Part shown: positions 40,286 to 51,151 of the stretch, in pieces
Numbering within the stretch: the stretch's first letter is position 1
Layout of the letters: each line of letters begins with the position of its first letter
Translations under genes and position numbers: made by a program
Notes under the pieces: model-generated
Seen by the model: only the letters and a program-made list of their open reading frames with translations
The model's database searches: none
Told to the model about the DNA's origin: nothing
NCBI GenBank assembly: GCA_977020255.1
Contig: CDROCS010000253.1
Span: 62,001 to 126,000 of the forward strand
Reading direction: 5' to 3'
Length of the DNA: 64,000 nucleotides
From: Obrimoposthia wandeli
Taxonomy: Eukaryota

Positions 40286-42507
40286 ATGCGTAATAAGTCA
40301 TTCAAAATTAGTCGTTATCAAGTAACACCCTCTGAATTTAGCATTCAAATCAATGATGGTGAAAAACAATCACTGCAGCCTAAATTTATTGAAGTGCTCG
40401 TCTATTTGGCAAAAAACTATGGTCGTGTTGTCCCAAGGGATGAACTCGTTGATCACATTTGGGGACAAGACAGTTTTGTCGGTGAAAAAAGCTTAACCAA
40501 TGCTATCTGGCATTTGCGTAAAACGCTCACCAATGTGGAAGGTGAAGAGGAAATAATAAAAACCATTCGCAAAGCTGGCTATCAATTAATGGCAGAGCCA
40601 CAGTGGCAAACGATGCCGCCGACAATAAACAATATATCCAGCCCAGAACTAATCGAAAGCTCTATCAATTACTCCGTAGATAGCTCCATTGAAAATTCAG
40701 TAGATAATTCAGAATATCAAGAACAAGGTATTAATAAAAATCGGCAATCCGCAAGTTCTCCCGAAATTAGCTCTAGTAGTACTAAAAAAACAAAAATAAA
40801 CAGCACTTACGCGCTACTCACTTTAATCGTCTCCTTATTAGTGCTGCTCGTTATTCAGCAATTACCCAATGATGATCCCCCAAAGATTACTGCAATCACC
40901 AAACACCCGGGCAGTGAGCTTTTTCCTGCCCCCTCACCCGATGGTCGTTTTTTGGTCTATAGCCAAGTATTAACAAATAAAGCAACCAATCTATTTATGA
41001 AAGATACTCATCAAGTTGAGCTGCCGCCTAAGCAATTAACTTTTGATAATGCTACCGAGGGGCATAGTGTTTGGAGTAACGACGGTCAATATTTGTATTT
41101 TTCTCGTAAAGACAAAACAAACAATAGCTGTCACTACATACAATTAAAAGTGCTTAGCCAGCAAGAAACAAAGCTTGCCACTTGCCCAATGCAAGGAGGC
41201 TATTATTACCTAGATATATCTCCTGATGATCAAATCCTTGCCGTGTATAACAAAGGCGCGTTAGCAAAAAGAACGGGCATTTACTTTATTGATTTGAAGT
41301 CAAAAAACTTTGCAATGACGCGTTTTTCTTGTGACAGTGATTGTAAGTATAAAGATAGAGATATGGCCTTTTCTCCTGATGGGAAATATATGGCTGTTTC
41401 GAGGCGAATTAATCGTTTAAGTGAAAATATTTACCTGATTAATTTAGCAACTAAAATAACAGAACAGCTTACATTTGATGAAGAAGATATTGTTGGCATG
41501 TCTTGGTTTGGCAGTAGCCAAAAGTTAGTATTTGCTACACAACGCGCAGATAATAAATTTGGTTATGTTATCAATATTGAAAGTAGAGTAAGCCAAGCAT
41601 TAGACTTAGTTGGCTTTAGTTACCCAAGCATTGCCAAGCAATCACAACAATTGTATTACCAAGAACGAAAAGAGAACTCTTCGCTAATGAGCTTGCAGCT
41701 TAATGACGACATAGCAAGCAGCCCTTTCCCAGTATTACAATCAAGCTTTACCTATGAATCACCTGATTACAGCCCTGTAACTGATTTAGTCGTATTCTCT
41801 TCAAATGAGTCTGGCTTTGATGAGCTTTGGTCTGCAAAACCCGATGGTAGCGCACGTAAACAGTTAACTAATTTAAAGCAAACTATTCGTTATCCTAAAT
41901 GGTCACATGACGGACAAAAGGTTGCCTTTTTAGCACCACTCTCAGAAGATAGGGGGGATGGAATATATATATACTCCATTGAAAATGAGAGAGTTACATT
42001 ACTAAAAAGTCCTTTTGTACAGCATAATCGCCCAAACTGGTCATTTGATGATAATGCAATTATCTCTGCCATCCTTGACAATCATACCGTCGCGTTATAC
42101 CGATATTTATAGATGCCATTATGACTTATGATGGTGCGCGTTATGGTGTAATGACATCACTTGATACTTTACTTTATACCAAACTTAAACGAGGTTTGTG
42201 GCAAAAAAACATCACTAATATCCACGCTGTAGACAAAGTAATTGATGGTGATTTCTTTAATACTCTGTACGCCTGGACATATCATCAAGGTCATGTTTAT
42301 TATCAAAAAACCTTTGATGATCACTATCAATTGATAGCCTATGATGTAGAAAAAAAAATCCAAACACCTTTGGTTAGATTACCGTTGAATTCAATCTCTC
42401 AGAGTGACAGCATTACTTACCTCTCAACTAAAGAACGTTTACTCTATACCAGTAGCAGCTTTCCACAAGCCAATATAAAAATGATCCCCACTAGTAATTT
42501 GTTCTAG
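40286..42507 (+). CDS. CadC-like membrane-anchored winged-helix regulator with periplasmic TolB/PD40 beta-propeller, split at about 42100-42120
   Basis: LQPKFIEVLVYLA...LTNAIWHLRK...TIRKAGYQL (wHTH), TM at about residue 175, repeated SPDG/WS blades. ORFs 40286-42112 and 42121-42507 are in different frames. Confidence 0.75.
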
Positions 42508-42735
42508 TACTAAAAGTATTTGAAAGTGAAATGATAAAAAGTAATAGGTAAAGGTGAATTCCCCCTCCCTTTCATTAAGTTTTTTATCTCGTTGCGCATA
42601 GAAAAATGAATCAAGTTATTATTGCTCACGATTAAACGCTAGTAATGAGCTAGGATTAACTTCAACACGGCAGCTTGCAGCAGTATTCTTTGCTAAGCAG
42701 AATAAGTATTAATAACTTAATGGATAGTTATGAAT

Positions 42736-42774
42736 AAAAAAGCCAACAAATGTGGATCATTTGTTGGCTTTTTT
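42736..42774. terminator. Bidirectional terminator after parC
   Basis: A6-GCCAACAAATG-tggat-CATTTGTTGGC-T6. Confidence 0.8.
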
Positions 42775-42823
42775 ATTATCTAATGCAAAAGAGTTACTCG
42801 TTTATGAGCACACCATAATAGCT

Positions 42824-45130
42824 TTACTCGCTCGCTTTAGGCTCTTCATCAGTACTTTTCTCACCGGAACTAGTCACAGAAGCAGATTCAATTTCTATTG
42901 CTGAAACGCGCTGTAAACCTCTAGGCAGTTTATTACCACGACGACCACGTTCCCCTTTATAGTGCTCTATATCTGCCGCTTTTAGCGTAAGCTTGCGTTT
43001 ACCTGCATGAAGTGTAATTGCTGCACCTTCGGGGATTATACAAAGTAAACTAACAAACTCTTCCCGTGTTTTGGATCGTGCCGAAGGGATATTAATAATC
43101 TTATTACCTTTACCCTTACTAAGTACAGGTAAGTTTTTAACTGGAAAAACTAACATACGCCCTTCACTGGTAATAGTAAGGCAGTTATCATTTTCAATAT
43201 TTTTGATGCATTGCGGCATCATCACTTTAGCAGCTTCAGGTAAGCTAATTAATGCCTTACCGTTTTTATTTCGGCTGACCATATCTGCAAAGCTACTAAC
43301 AAAACCATAACCCGCATCACTGACTAACAGGTATTTAGCATCATCGTCAGACATTATGCTGTGAACGAAGGTTTTCCCTGTTGTAAGGTTGAAGCGTCCT
43401 GTTAATGGCTCACCTTGAGAGCGTGCCGTCGGCAACGTATGAGCGTCAGTAGTAAAAGCACGACCATCAGAGCCAATAAATACTACAGGGCGATTACTCC
43501 GCCCTTTTGATGCACATAAATAACTGTCACCGGCTTTATAACTTAAGCTAGTGGGATCAATATCATGACCTTTAGCACAACGAGCCCAACCTTTTTCAGA
43601 AACGACTACGGTTACCGACTCACTTGGTACTAAATCTTTTTCAGTGAGTGCTTTTGATTCGCTACGCTCAACTAATTTAGAGCGACGATCATCACCATAT
43701 AGCTCGGCAGCTTCAAGGATCTCTTTTTTCATCAGCGTACTCATGCGCGCTTTTGAATTGAGGATTTTTTCTAAATATTGTTGTTCAATACGTAATTCAT
43801 CTTGCTCTGCTCTAATTTTTATTTCTTCAAGCTTGGCAAGTTGACGTAGTTTAATCTCTAAAATAGAGTGAGCTTGCGTGTCTGATAAGGCAAAACGAGA
43901 CATCAGTTCTGCTTTAGGATTATCAAAGCCCCGAATAATCTCAATCACTTCATCAATATTTAAGTAAGCAACTAATAAACCATCAAGAATATGTAAACGA
44001 GCCAATACTTTATCTAAACGATATTGCAAACGACGGCGTACTGTTTCACGGCGATATTCCAGCCATTCAGATAAAATAACGAGTAAGTTTTTCACTGCAG
44101 GACGATTATCTAAACCTATCATGTTGATATTAACGCGATAGCTTTTTTCTAAATCAGTACTCGCAAACAAATGCTGCATTAACTGTTCAATATCAACACG
44201 ATTTGAACGTGGCATGATAACAAGGCGTACCGGATTTTCGTGATCAGACTCATCACGAAGATCGACTTCATATAGCTTTTTCGTAATCATTTGCCATTAT
44301 TTAGCTCTCAATGTTTTCACCCCCGAGGCTTGATGAGGCAGTGAGGTAATAACAATATCACCCTGCTCTACATCATAAACAGCACGCATTCTTATGCTAC
44401 CACGACCTGTTTGGTAAATTTTTTCAATCTCGGCTTTCGGGGTAATAATCTCAGCGTCTGTAGGATAATCAGGCCCTTTAACAAACTCGAGTAAGTCACT
44501 CACTTCTGCTTTGGGATTTTCAATTAAATGTACACAAGCATCAGCGACTTCACGCACATTGTGCGGTGGAATATCTGTTGCCATGCCCACGGCAATACCG
44601 GTAATGCCGTTCAGTAAAATATGAGGTAAACGCGCAGGTAACGTTTTTGGCTCTTGCATGGTGCCATCAAAGTTTGGCTGCCAATCAACCGTGCCTTGCC
44701 CTAATTCAGCAAGTAATACTTCACTAAAACGTGATAATCGCGACTCGGTATAACGCATTGCGGCAAACGATTTAGGATCATCGGGTGCACCCCAGTTTCC
44801 TTGGCCGTCTACTAAAGGGTAACGATAAGAAAAAGGTTGCGCCATCAACACCATAGCTTCATAACAAGCACTATCACCATGGGGATGAAACTTACCTAAT
44901 ACGTCACCAACGGTACGGGCTGATTTTTTATATTTCGCCGTTGCAGATAAACCAAGCTCTGACATTGCATAAACTATGCGTCTTTGTACGGGCTTTAAGC
45001 CATCACCAATATGTGGCAAAGCTCTATCCATAATTACATACATGGAATAGTTTAAATAAGCTTCTTCAGTAAAACGCCTTAATGGGACTTGTTCTACTCC
45101 ATCAAGGCTATATTCGAGCGCATCTGACAT
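42824..45130 (-). CDS. parC: DNA topoisomerase IV subunit A, interrupted by an in-frame TAA at 44297-44299
   Basis: [18 protein letters not shown] and AAMRYT (catalytic Tyr) in 44297-45130. [11 protein letters not shown] and the CTD in 42824-44290. Both halves are in the same frame, separated by TAA-TGG-CAA. Confidence 0.9.
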
Positions 45131-45352
45131 GAATTGATTTTCCTGATATTACGAGTCTAATTATTTTATTTTTTAAGGTTATGTCTTTGCTTATACCTTT
45201 AGCTAAGGTAGCCAAAAATAACCTGAGGATAACGGCTATAGCTTATCTGATTATGACGTTAGACAAAATAGGTAAAGTAACAAAAGCGTAATAATACAAA
45301 GTCTACACCCGTTACTATTCAAAGAGCAGGGTTTCATTCATTTTGTAGAAAG

Positions 45353-46726
45353 TTAATTTAATAGAAGGAGAATGCCTATTAGCGCAGCTGATCGTGCTAC
45401 AGAATGGGTATTAACTCGCCGTTCTTGTGCTGCGGCAATATTTTGATAACAAACGACTGTATTTCGGCCTTGCTTTTTCGCTTGATACATAGCCAAATCT
45501 GCATCATGTAATAAATCATCAAAACTCATTTGATTATTCTCCATGGTTGCAACACCAATACTGATAGTTACCTTACTTTGCAACATTAACGCTGAAAAGT
45601 CATATTGTGCTATTTTGTCATTAATATGCATGGCAATAGCCTTCGCTTTATTCCTATCAGCAAAAGGTAATAATGCAACAAACTCCTCTCCCCCTAAACG
45701 AGAAAGCAAGTCACGAGAGCGCATGGTTTCTTTGACTAACTCTGATACTACTATCAATACTTTATCAGCAACGTGATGGCCAAAATTATCATTAATTATT
45801 TTGAAGTGATCTAAGTCCAACAATAGTACTGATAACTCATCTGGTTGTTCAGAAAAACTGGCCAGCATTTGCTCGCCATGTTCAAACAAAGCACTACGGT
45901 TTGCTAATCCTGTTAAGGCGTCTGCTCGAGTCAAGCTGATAAGTTTATTACGTATCCTTAACTGCCTAAAAAAAAGTAGGACAAAAATTATAGCGATACT
46001 GATAATCATAGTGAAATTATATTGCTGTGCAACTTTTTGGTCTTGCACTTCCGCAACTCGGCGAATTTTCAACTTATTTTGACTTTCCATCAAAGCGTTA
46101 TTAGCTTTTTTATCTTTAACTTCAAACGACTGTTCTAAAGAAGAAATCATAGCTACACGCTTATTTTTTCTATAAATATTATATTTTTTTAGATAGGATT
46201 TTTTTTCAAGGTAAGCTAAATCATATTTTCCTAACCTTGCATAGTGATTAGCTAAGAGTAAATGTAACTGTAAAAATTCTGGTTGCGCTAATTGCTGTTC
46301 AGAAATTTGTTTAAATAATTTTTCTGCCTGTTCCAAAAGAGCAATAATATTACTGCTATTGTTACTTTTTCGACTATCAGACTCTTTAGTATTTGCATTT
46401 TCTTTCAACAACGCTTGCGCGACTAGAAGTAAGTATTGCTCTGCAGCGTTTAATGGTGCTTTGGATAAAGTCAGTTGTGCTAGTGCTATTTCAATTTTCT
46501 TCTTTTTGATACTTGTTTGTTTTAACTGCGTAATTAAGAAGAGTAATTCAGGGTTGATGGGTAACATGTTTGTTGGTGGTATATGCAACAAGCTATTTTT
46601 ATTCGCTTTATCCTCTGTTACTACCAGTACATCAGTAGACTCACTAGCCAGACAAATTGGTGAAATTATAAGCGGCATTAATAGTATTATCAAAATACTT
46701 TGACTAATAAAACTCATTGGCCACAC
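45353..46726 (-). CDS. Membrane-anchored TPR-like diguanylate cyclase (GGEEF, predicted active)
   Basis: DALTGLANR, DLDHFKIINDNFGH, RSRD I-site, LGGEEF, signal peptide and one TM. Confidence 0.85.
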   Translation of the reverse strand: MWPMSFISQSILIILLMPLIISPICLASESTDVLVVTEDKANKNSLLHIPPTNMLPINPELLFLITQLKQTSIKKKKIEIALAQLTLSKAPLNAAEQYLLLVAQALLKENANTKESDSRKSNNSSNIIALLEQAEKLFKQISEQQLAQPEFLQLHLLLANHYARLGKYDLAYLEKKSYLKKYNIYRKNKRVAMISSLEQSFEVKDKKANNALMESQNKLKIRRVAEVQDQKVAQQYNFTMIISIAIIFVLLFFRQLRIRNKLISLTRADALTGLANRSALFEHGEQMLASFSEQPDELSVLLLDLDHFKIINDNFGHHVADKVLIVVSELVKETMRSRDLLSRLGGEEFVALLPFADRNKAKAIAMHINDKIAQYDFSALMLQSKVTISIGVATMENNQMSFDDLLHDADLAMYQAKKQGRNTVVCYQNIAAAQERRVNTHSVARSAALIGILLLLN

Positions 46727-48627
46727 ACCTTGTTTTTTCCTGATACTTTCGCTTGATAAAGCTGTTCATCGGCTCTTTTTATCAAGTTGAGTAAATTGTT
46801 ATCATCTTCTAAGGTTGCTACGCCAATACTGACACTGACTTTTTCAGCGTTGTGAAATTTCCATGTGTCTTCATTAATACTTGAACGAATTCTCTCTCCT
46901 ATTTCCATTGCCGATTTCATCGTGGTTTTCGGTAAACAAACCATAAACTCTCCACTACTAAAACGACCAAAGATGTCACTTTTTCGCATCATATTAGCGC
47001 TGAGGGAAGCCACTTTTGCTAAAACTTTATCGCCAGCACTATGACCTAAACTATCATTAATCTTTTTAAAGTGATCGACATCTATCATCAATATACTCAA
47101 ATTAACTTGTTTAGCTTTTGCCAGCTTAAACGCCCCTTGAGATTTTATCATTAAACTGCGTCTATTAAACGTCCCAGTAAGTGTATCAATACTGGAAGCA
47201 ACGCTAAGCTTGTGCTGACTTTGAATTAACTTAGCTAAAACCCAAGCAAAAGCTAAAGCAACCAAAGCACCAATAAGAAGATAGAAACGTTGCTCTTCAT
47301 TTTCTAAATTTGCTTCATGTAAACTTGCCTCATAACCTATATGTTGGCTCTGCAATACTTTACTTTGTTTATCCGCTTGCTCCGCTTCAAGCCTAAGACG
47401 AACTTGCGCAATAGAGCGATTATCTTCATTTTCATATAACTTGTCTGTTAAGGCGATCACTCTAGATTTGGTCTCATAAGCTTGTTGATACTTTCCCTGC
47501 TTGTAAAACACATCAGCTTTTAGATTGATAATATTGGCATAGCCTTTTCTTTTTCTCCGGGGCATGTCCTGATGATCAACTAATATTTTTTCAATACGGG
47601 CTATGCTTATCAGTACTTCATCAAAGCGCTCTAATTTATATAAAATACTCGCTTCATCAAAGTAAAATTGTAATCGATAATCAACCTTCTCAGTGAATTG
47701 TAAATACTGTTTGGCCATCAATAGGTATTGATGCGCTGCATCAATATTGCTGTCTACTTTTTTTAGATGAGCCCAAGCCATGCCTGAATAAACAGTAAAC
47801 ATACTGTCACTCGGGGTATCTTTATTTGATTCAGTTATTATTGTTTTAAAGACTGTTATTGCTTGTTCATAATTTTTTTTATTAATATGAGTGAGAGCAA
47901 TGTTATGTAAACTGTTATGTGCAGCGAGTAACATGCCAGCCTTTTTGAAGTGTGTATACGACTGCTGATAATAAGCCATGGATTGATCACTTTGTCGCAA
48001 AAGAGAGTACAGAATACCCAGCTCAGAGTTGGCGGTACCTTTAAGCTCTTCATCACCAGTTTGTCCTGCAATGTTATAAGCATCATTAAGTAAAACTAAA
48101 GAGCGTTTATAGTCATCGGTTAAGTAAGCAATAGCCCCTAGATTAATAAGCCCTATAGCCACTTGTATTTTATTATGTAAAGACTCTGCAACTTCCAAAC
48201 CCTTTTTATATTCTTTAGTAGCCTGGGGAATATCCCCTAAGCTCTCAAAAGAAAAACCTCTTAAATATAATAGTTCACTCATTAAAATACTTGGGCTGGC
48301 AAGTCTCTTCCCTATGGTGAGCCCTTTATTAGCCGTTTTTTTAGCTGCACTGTATCTATTCTGTTCTATTTGTATTTCAGTAAGTAGTTTGAAGTACAGC
48401 AAGTTTTGCTCAACAGTAAGCGCACTAAGTAAGTTTTCAAAAGCAGTTAACTGTTTGAGGGAGAGCACTAGATCGGTCTTTTTCAATTCTTTTACTTGTT
48501 CAGCAACTAGATTAAATTGCTTAATATCGATTGTTTCTTGGGCGAGAGTAGGCGCTGAAAGAATAAAAAAGGCAATACTGATAACAACTTGTATCGCTTG
48601 AGGGAGTTTTTTAGCAAAGCACAACAA
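46714..48627 (-). CDS. TPR-repeat GGDEF-domain protein with degenerate active site (SSGEF)
   Basis: Periplasmic TPR helices, TM, DVDHFKKINDSLGH, RKSD I-site, FSSGEF checked in the DNA. Confidence 0.85.
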   Translation of the reverse strand: MLCFAKKLPQAIQVVISIAFFILSAPTLAQETIDIKQFNLVAEQVKELKKTDLVLSLKQLTAFENLLSALTVEQNLLYFKLLTEIQIEQNRYSAAKKTANKGLTIGKRLASPSILMSELLYLRGFSFESLGDIPQATKEYKKGLEVAESLHNKIQVAIGLINLGAIAYLTDDYKRSLVLLNDAYNIAGQTGDEELKGTANSELGILYSLLRQSDQSMAYYQQSYTHFKKAGMLLAAHNSLHNIALTHINKKNYEQAITVFKTIITESNKDTPSDSMFTVYSGMAWAHLKKVDSNIDAAHQYLLMAKQYLQFTEKVDYRLQFYFDEASILYKLERFDEVLISIARIEKILVDHQDMPRRKRKGYANIINLKADVFYKQGKYQQAYETKSRVIALTDKLYENEDNRSIAQVRLRLEAEQADKQSKVLQSQHIGYEASLHEANLENEEQRFYLLIGALVALAFAWVLAKLIQSQHKLSVASSIDTLTGTFNRRSLMIKSQGAFKLAKAKQVNLSILMIDVDHFKKINDSLGHSAGDKVLAKVASLSANMMRKSDIFGRFSSGEFMVCLPKTTMKSAMEIGERIRSSINEDTWKFHNAEKVSVSIGVATLEDDNNLLNLIKRADEQLYQAKVSGKNKVCGQ

Positions 48628-48714
48628 ACAGAAGTTCCTTAATAAGCAGATCGGAATTTACCGATAAATGCAGTATAAAACTATTTTACCTGAGAGTTAA
48701 ACCGTAACTTTTAG

Positions 48715-49965
48715 TTATGCTATTTTTCGAACAAAATAACTGGCGAGTAAAGTGAATGCCAAGGCAAAAGACATGCAGACTAACAAACCAAATTGCTGAA
48801 AAATAAGCCCTGAGAGTATAGTACCAAGCAACCTGCCCATGGCATTCGCCATATAATAAAAGCCAACATCCATGGAAACACCATCTTCTCTAGCAAGGGC
48901 AACAATAAGATAACTATGCAGTGATGAATTCATAGCAAACACAGCACCAAATATAAATAGACCGATTATCAGTACTTCGTTATTTTGTGGAAAAAGGTAG
49001 ATAGCAAAACATAAAGTCAACGTTACCAACATAAGTAATACTGACCAAACCGTTACTTGCTGATGTGGGGATTGTTCTCCACTACTGCTAATAAGTGTGA
49101 GGATTTTCGGGGCATTGGCTTGAATGATGCCATAAAAAATAATCCAACAAGCGAGAAAGGTACCTACCGCTTGATGTTGCCATTGTAATTGACTTGCCAA
49201 ATAAACAGGTAAAGCAATGACAAACCAAACATCACGACCCGCAAACAGGAACAAACGCGCTGCAGATAAATAATTTAATGATGCATTCTTTGAAAACAGC
49301 TGACTAAACTTTGCTTTATAGCGCGTTTTACCGATATCACCACGCAACATAGGGGAAGTACTTACAGCAACAATGACTAATACCATTGCCATTAATAGCA
49401 CGGCAACTTGAAAGTCAAAAGTAGTAAGTAATAAACCACCTAGAAAAAAACCAACACCTTTAAGGGTGTTTTTTGAGCCAGTGAGTAATGCCACCCAAGT
49501 GAATAGTTTACTTTGTGCCTCTTCGCTATTTACCTTCGCCACCAGTAATTTTATGCTCGACTTAGCACTCATTTTATTCAAATCTTTAGCGATACCTGAC
49601 AATGCTTGAGCAAACATGACATAAGCGACACTTAAGTATTCGCTTGGCAGCGCCAACATTAATAAGGCTAACACTTGGATAACGATGCCAATTAACATAG
49701 TTTTATTTAAACCAATACGTGCGCCAAGCCAGCCCCCGACAAGATTAGTGATAACACCAAAAACTTCATATAGAATGAATAACGTCGCTAACGCAAATGG
49801 GCTATAACCTAACTGGTAAAAATACAGCAACACCAGCATACGTAATGCGCCATCGGTCAACGTAAATGCCCAATAGTTAGCGGTGATTGCGATGTATTTT
49901 TTTACCGGCGCTGGCAAAGAACTAAATAAAGCCAAACTATAATTCGTTAATGCTGGCTTCAGCAA
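48715..49965 (-). CDS. arsJ: Organoarsenical efflux MFS transporter ArsJ
   Basis: [61 protein letters not shown]. Overlaps the GAPDH 3' end. Confidence 0.9.
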   Translation of the reverse strand: MLKPALTNYSLALFSSLPAPVKKYIAITANYWAFTLTDGALRMLVLLYFYQLGYSPFALATLFILYEVFGVITNLVGGWLGARIGLNKTMLIGIVIQVLALLMLALPSEYLSVAYVMFAQALSGIAKDLNKMSAKSSIKLLVAKVNSEEAQSKLFTWVALLTGSKNTLKGVGFFLGGLLLTTFDFQVAVLLMAMVLVIVAVSTSPMLRGDIGKTRYKAKFSQLFSKNASLNYLSAARLFLFAGRDVWFVIALPVYLASQLQWQHQAVGTFLACWIIFYGIIQANAPKILTLISSSGEQSPHQQVTVWSVLLMLVTLTLCFAIYLFPQNNEVLIIGLFIFGAVFAMNSSLHSYLIVALAREDGVSMDVGFYYMANAMGRLLGTILSGLIFQQFGLLVCMSFALAFTLLASYFVRKIA

Positions 49966-50992
49966 CAGTGCTTAAACTGTTTGCCATTAATTTCATTAAC
50001 TCAGCAGTGCGATTAGCATAACCCCACTCATTGTCATACCATAAATACATTTTCAGCTGGCTACCATTAATCACCATTGTTGATAGAGCATCAACAACAC
50101 ACGATCTGGCATCCGTTTTATAGTCAACTGACACTAAAGGTTTAATTTCATAACCCAAAATTCCGTTTAGCTCACCTTTAGCTGCATCAGACATCAGCTG
50201 GTTTATTTCTTCAACACTGACATCACGTTGCATCTCAAAAACACAATCGGTCAATGAAGCATTTGCCAGAGGCACCCTAACAGCATGACCATTTAATTTC
50301 CCTTTTAATTCAGGAAATATATCAGTGATAGCTTTAGCAGAGCCCGTAGTAGTTGGAATTAATGATTGCCCACAAGCACGTGCGCGGCGTAAATCTTTAT
50401 GTGGGGCATCTAAAATGGTTTGGGTGTTGGTAATATCATGAATGGTAGTCATACTGCCGTGCTTTATACCTACCGATTCTTGCAATACTTTAACTACTGG
50501 AGCCAAACAGTTGGTCGTACATGAAGCGGCGGTGACAATGTTATGCTCATTGACTTGGTACAAGTGCTGATTAACGCCCATAACAATATTTACTATATCG
50601 TTATCTGAGCCGTCAGCTGCTAATTTCATTGGCGCTGTAACAAGTACCTTTTGAACACCTTGGTTGAAGTAAGCTTGTAGCTTATTTTTATCGCGCATTA
50701 CGCCTGATGCTTCGATAACAAGATCGCATCCAGACCAATCTGTTTCAGCTATATCATAATTTTGGCTTACAGTTAACGTACGACCACCAATATACATTAA
50801 CTTACTTTCAGCTGTAGCCTCATGCTGCCATCGACCATGAATAGAATCAAAATTAAGTAAGTGTGCCAGAGTTGGTGCATCACCAGCAGGGTCATTAATT
50901 TGCACAAACTTCACCTCAGGCCAATGCCATGCAGCCCGTAAAATTAAACGTCCCATACGACCAAAGCCGTTTATACCTACTTTAATTGTCAT
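49937..50992 (-). CDS. ArsJ-associated glyceraldehyde-3-phosphate dehydrogenase
   Basis: [20 protein letters not shown] (catalytic Cys), [23 protein letters not shown] subfamily signature, WYDNEWGY. Confidence 0.9.
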   Translation of the reverse strand: MTIKVGINGFGRMGRLILRAAWHWPEVKFVQINDPAGDAPTLAHLLNFDSIHGRWQHEATAESKLMYIGGRTLTVSQNYDIAETDWSGCDLVIEASGVMRDKNKLQAYFNQGVQKVLVTAPMKLAADGSDNDIVNIVMGVNQHLYQVNEHNIVTAASCTTNCLAPVVKVLQESVGIKHGSMTTIHDITNTQTILDAPHKDLRRARACGQSLIPTTTGSAKAITDIFPELKGKLNGHAVRVPLANASLTDCVFEMQRDVSVEEINQLMSDAAKGELNGILGYEIKPLVSVDYKTDARSCVVDALSTMVINGSQLKMYLWYDNEWGYANRTAELMKLMANSLSTVAEASINEL

Positions 50993-51059
50993 TTTTTCAA
51001 CTCTTATTTTATCTATTGGTAGTGGTGATATATCGATAGTACTAATACTTTAAAACATA

Positions 51060-51084
51060 AAAATCCTCTATAAAAGAGGATTTT
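51060..51084 (-). terminator. Weak AT-rich hairpin (terminator of the HlyD operon, or 5' hairpin of the gapdh transcript)
   Basis: AAAATCCTCT-5 nt-AGAGGATTTT followed by T-rich sequence on the minus strand. Confidence 0.45.
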
Positions 51085-51092
51085 CTAAGTTA

Positions 51093-51126
51093 ACTATATT
51101 ACCTATTTATGACAACTTAATGACAA
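51093..51126 (-). promoter_or_regulatory. Pho box plus -10 hexamer (candidate PhoB-activated promoter of gapdh-arsJ)
   Basis: Minus strand TTGTCAT-TAAG-TTGTCAT-AAATAGGTAA-TATAGT: 11-bp period and exactly 10 bp to the -10 box. Confidence 0.7.
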
Positions 51127-51151
51127 AGATTAATCACTGTAATTTATCAGT

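Noticed and set aside
44297-44299. Programmed stop-codon readthrough in parC
   Set aside because: The codon is TAA, and flanking residues on both sides are also wrong, which points to indel errors rather than recoding.
49937-50992. Housekeeping gapA
   Set aside because: It has the ArsJ-associated subfamily signature and overlaps arsJ, so no gapA symbol was given.
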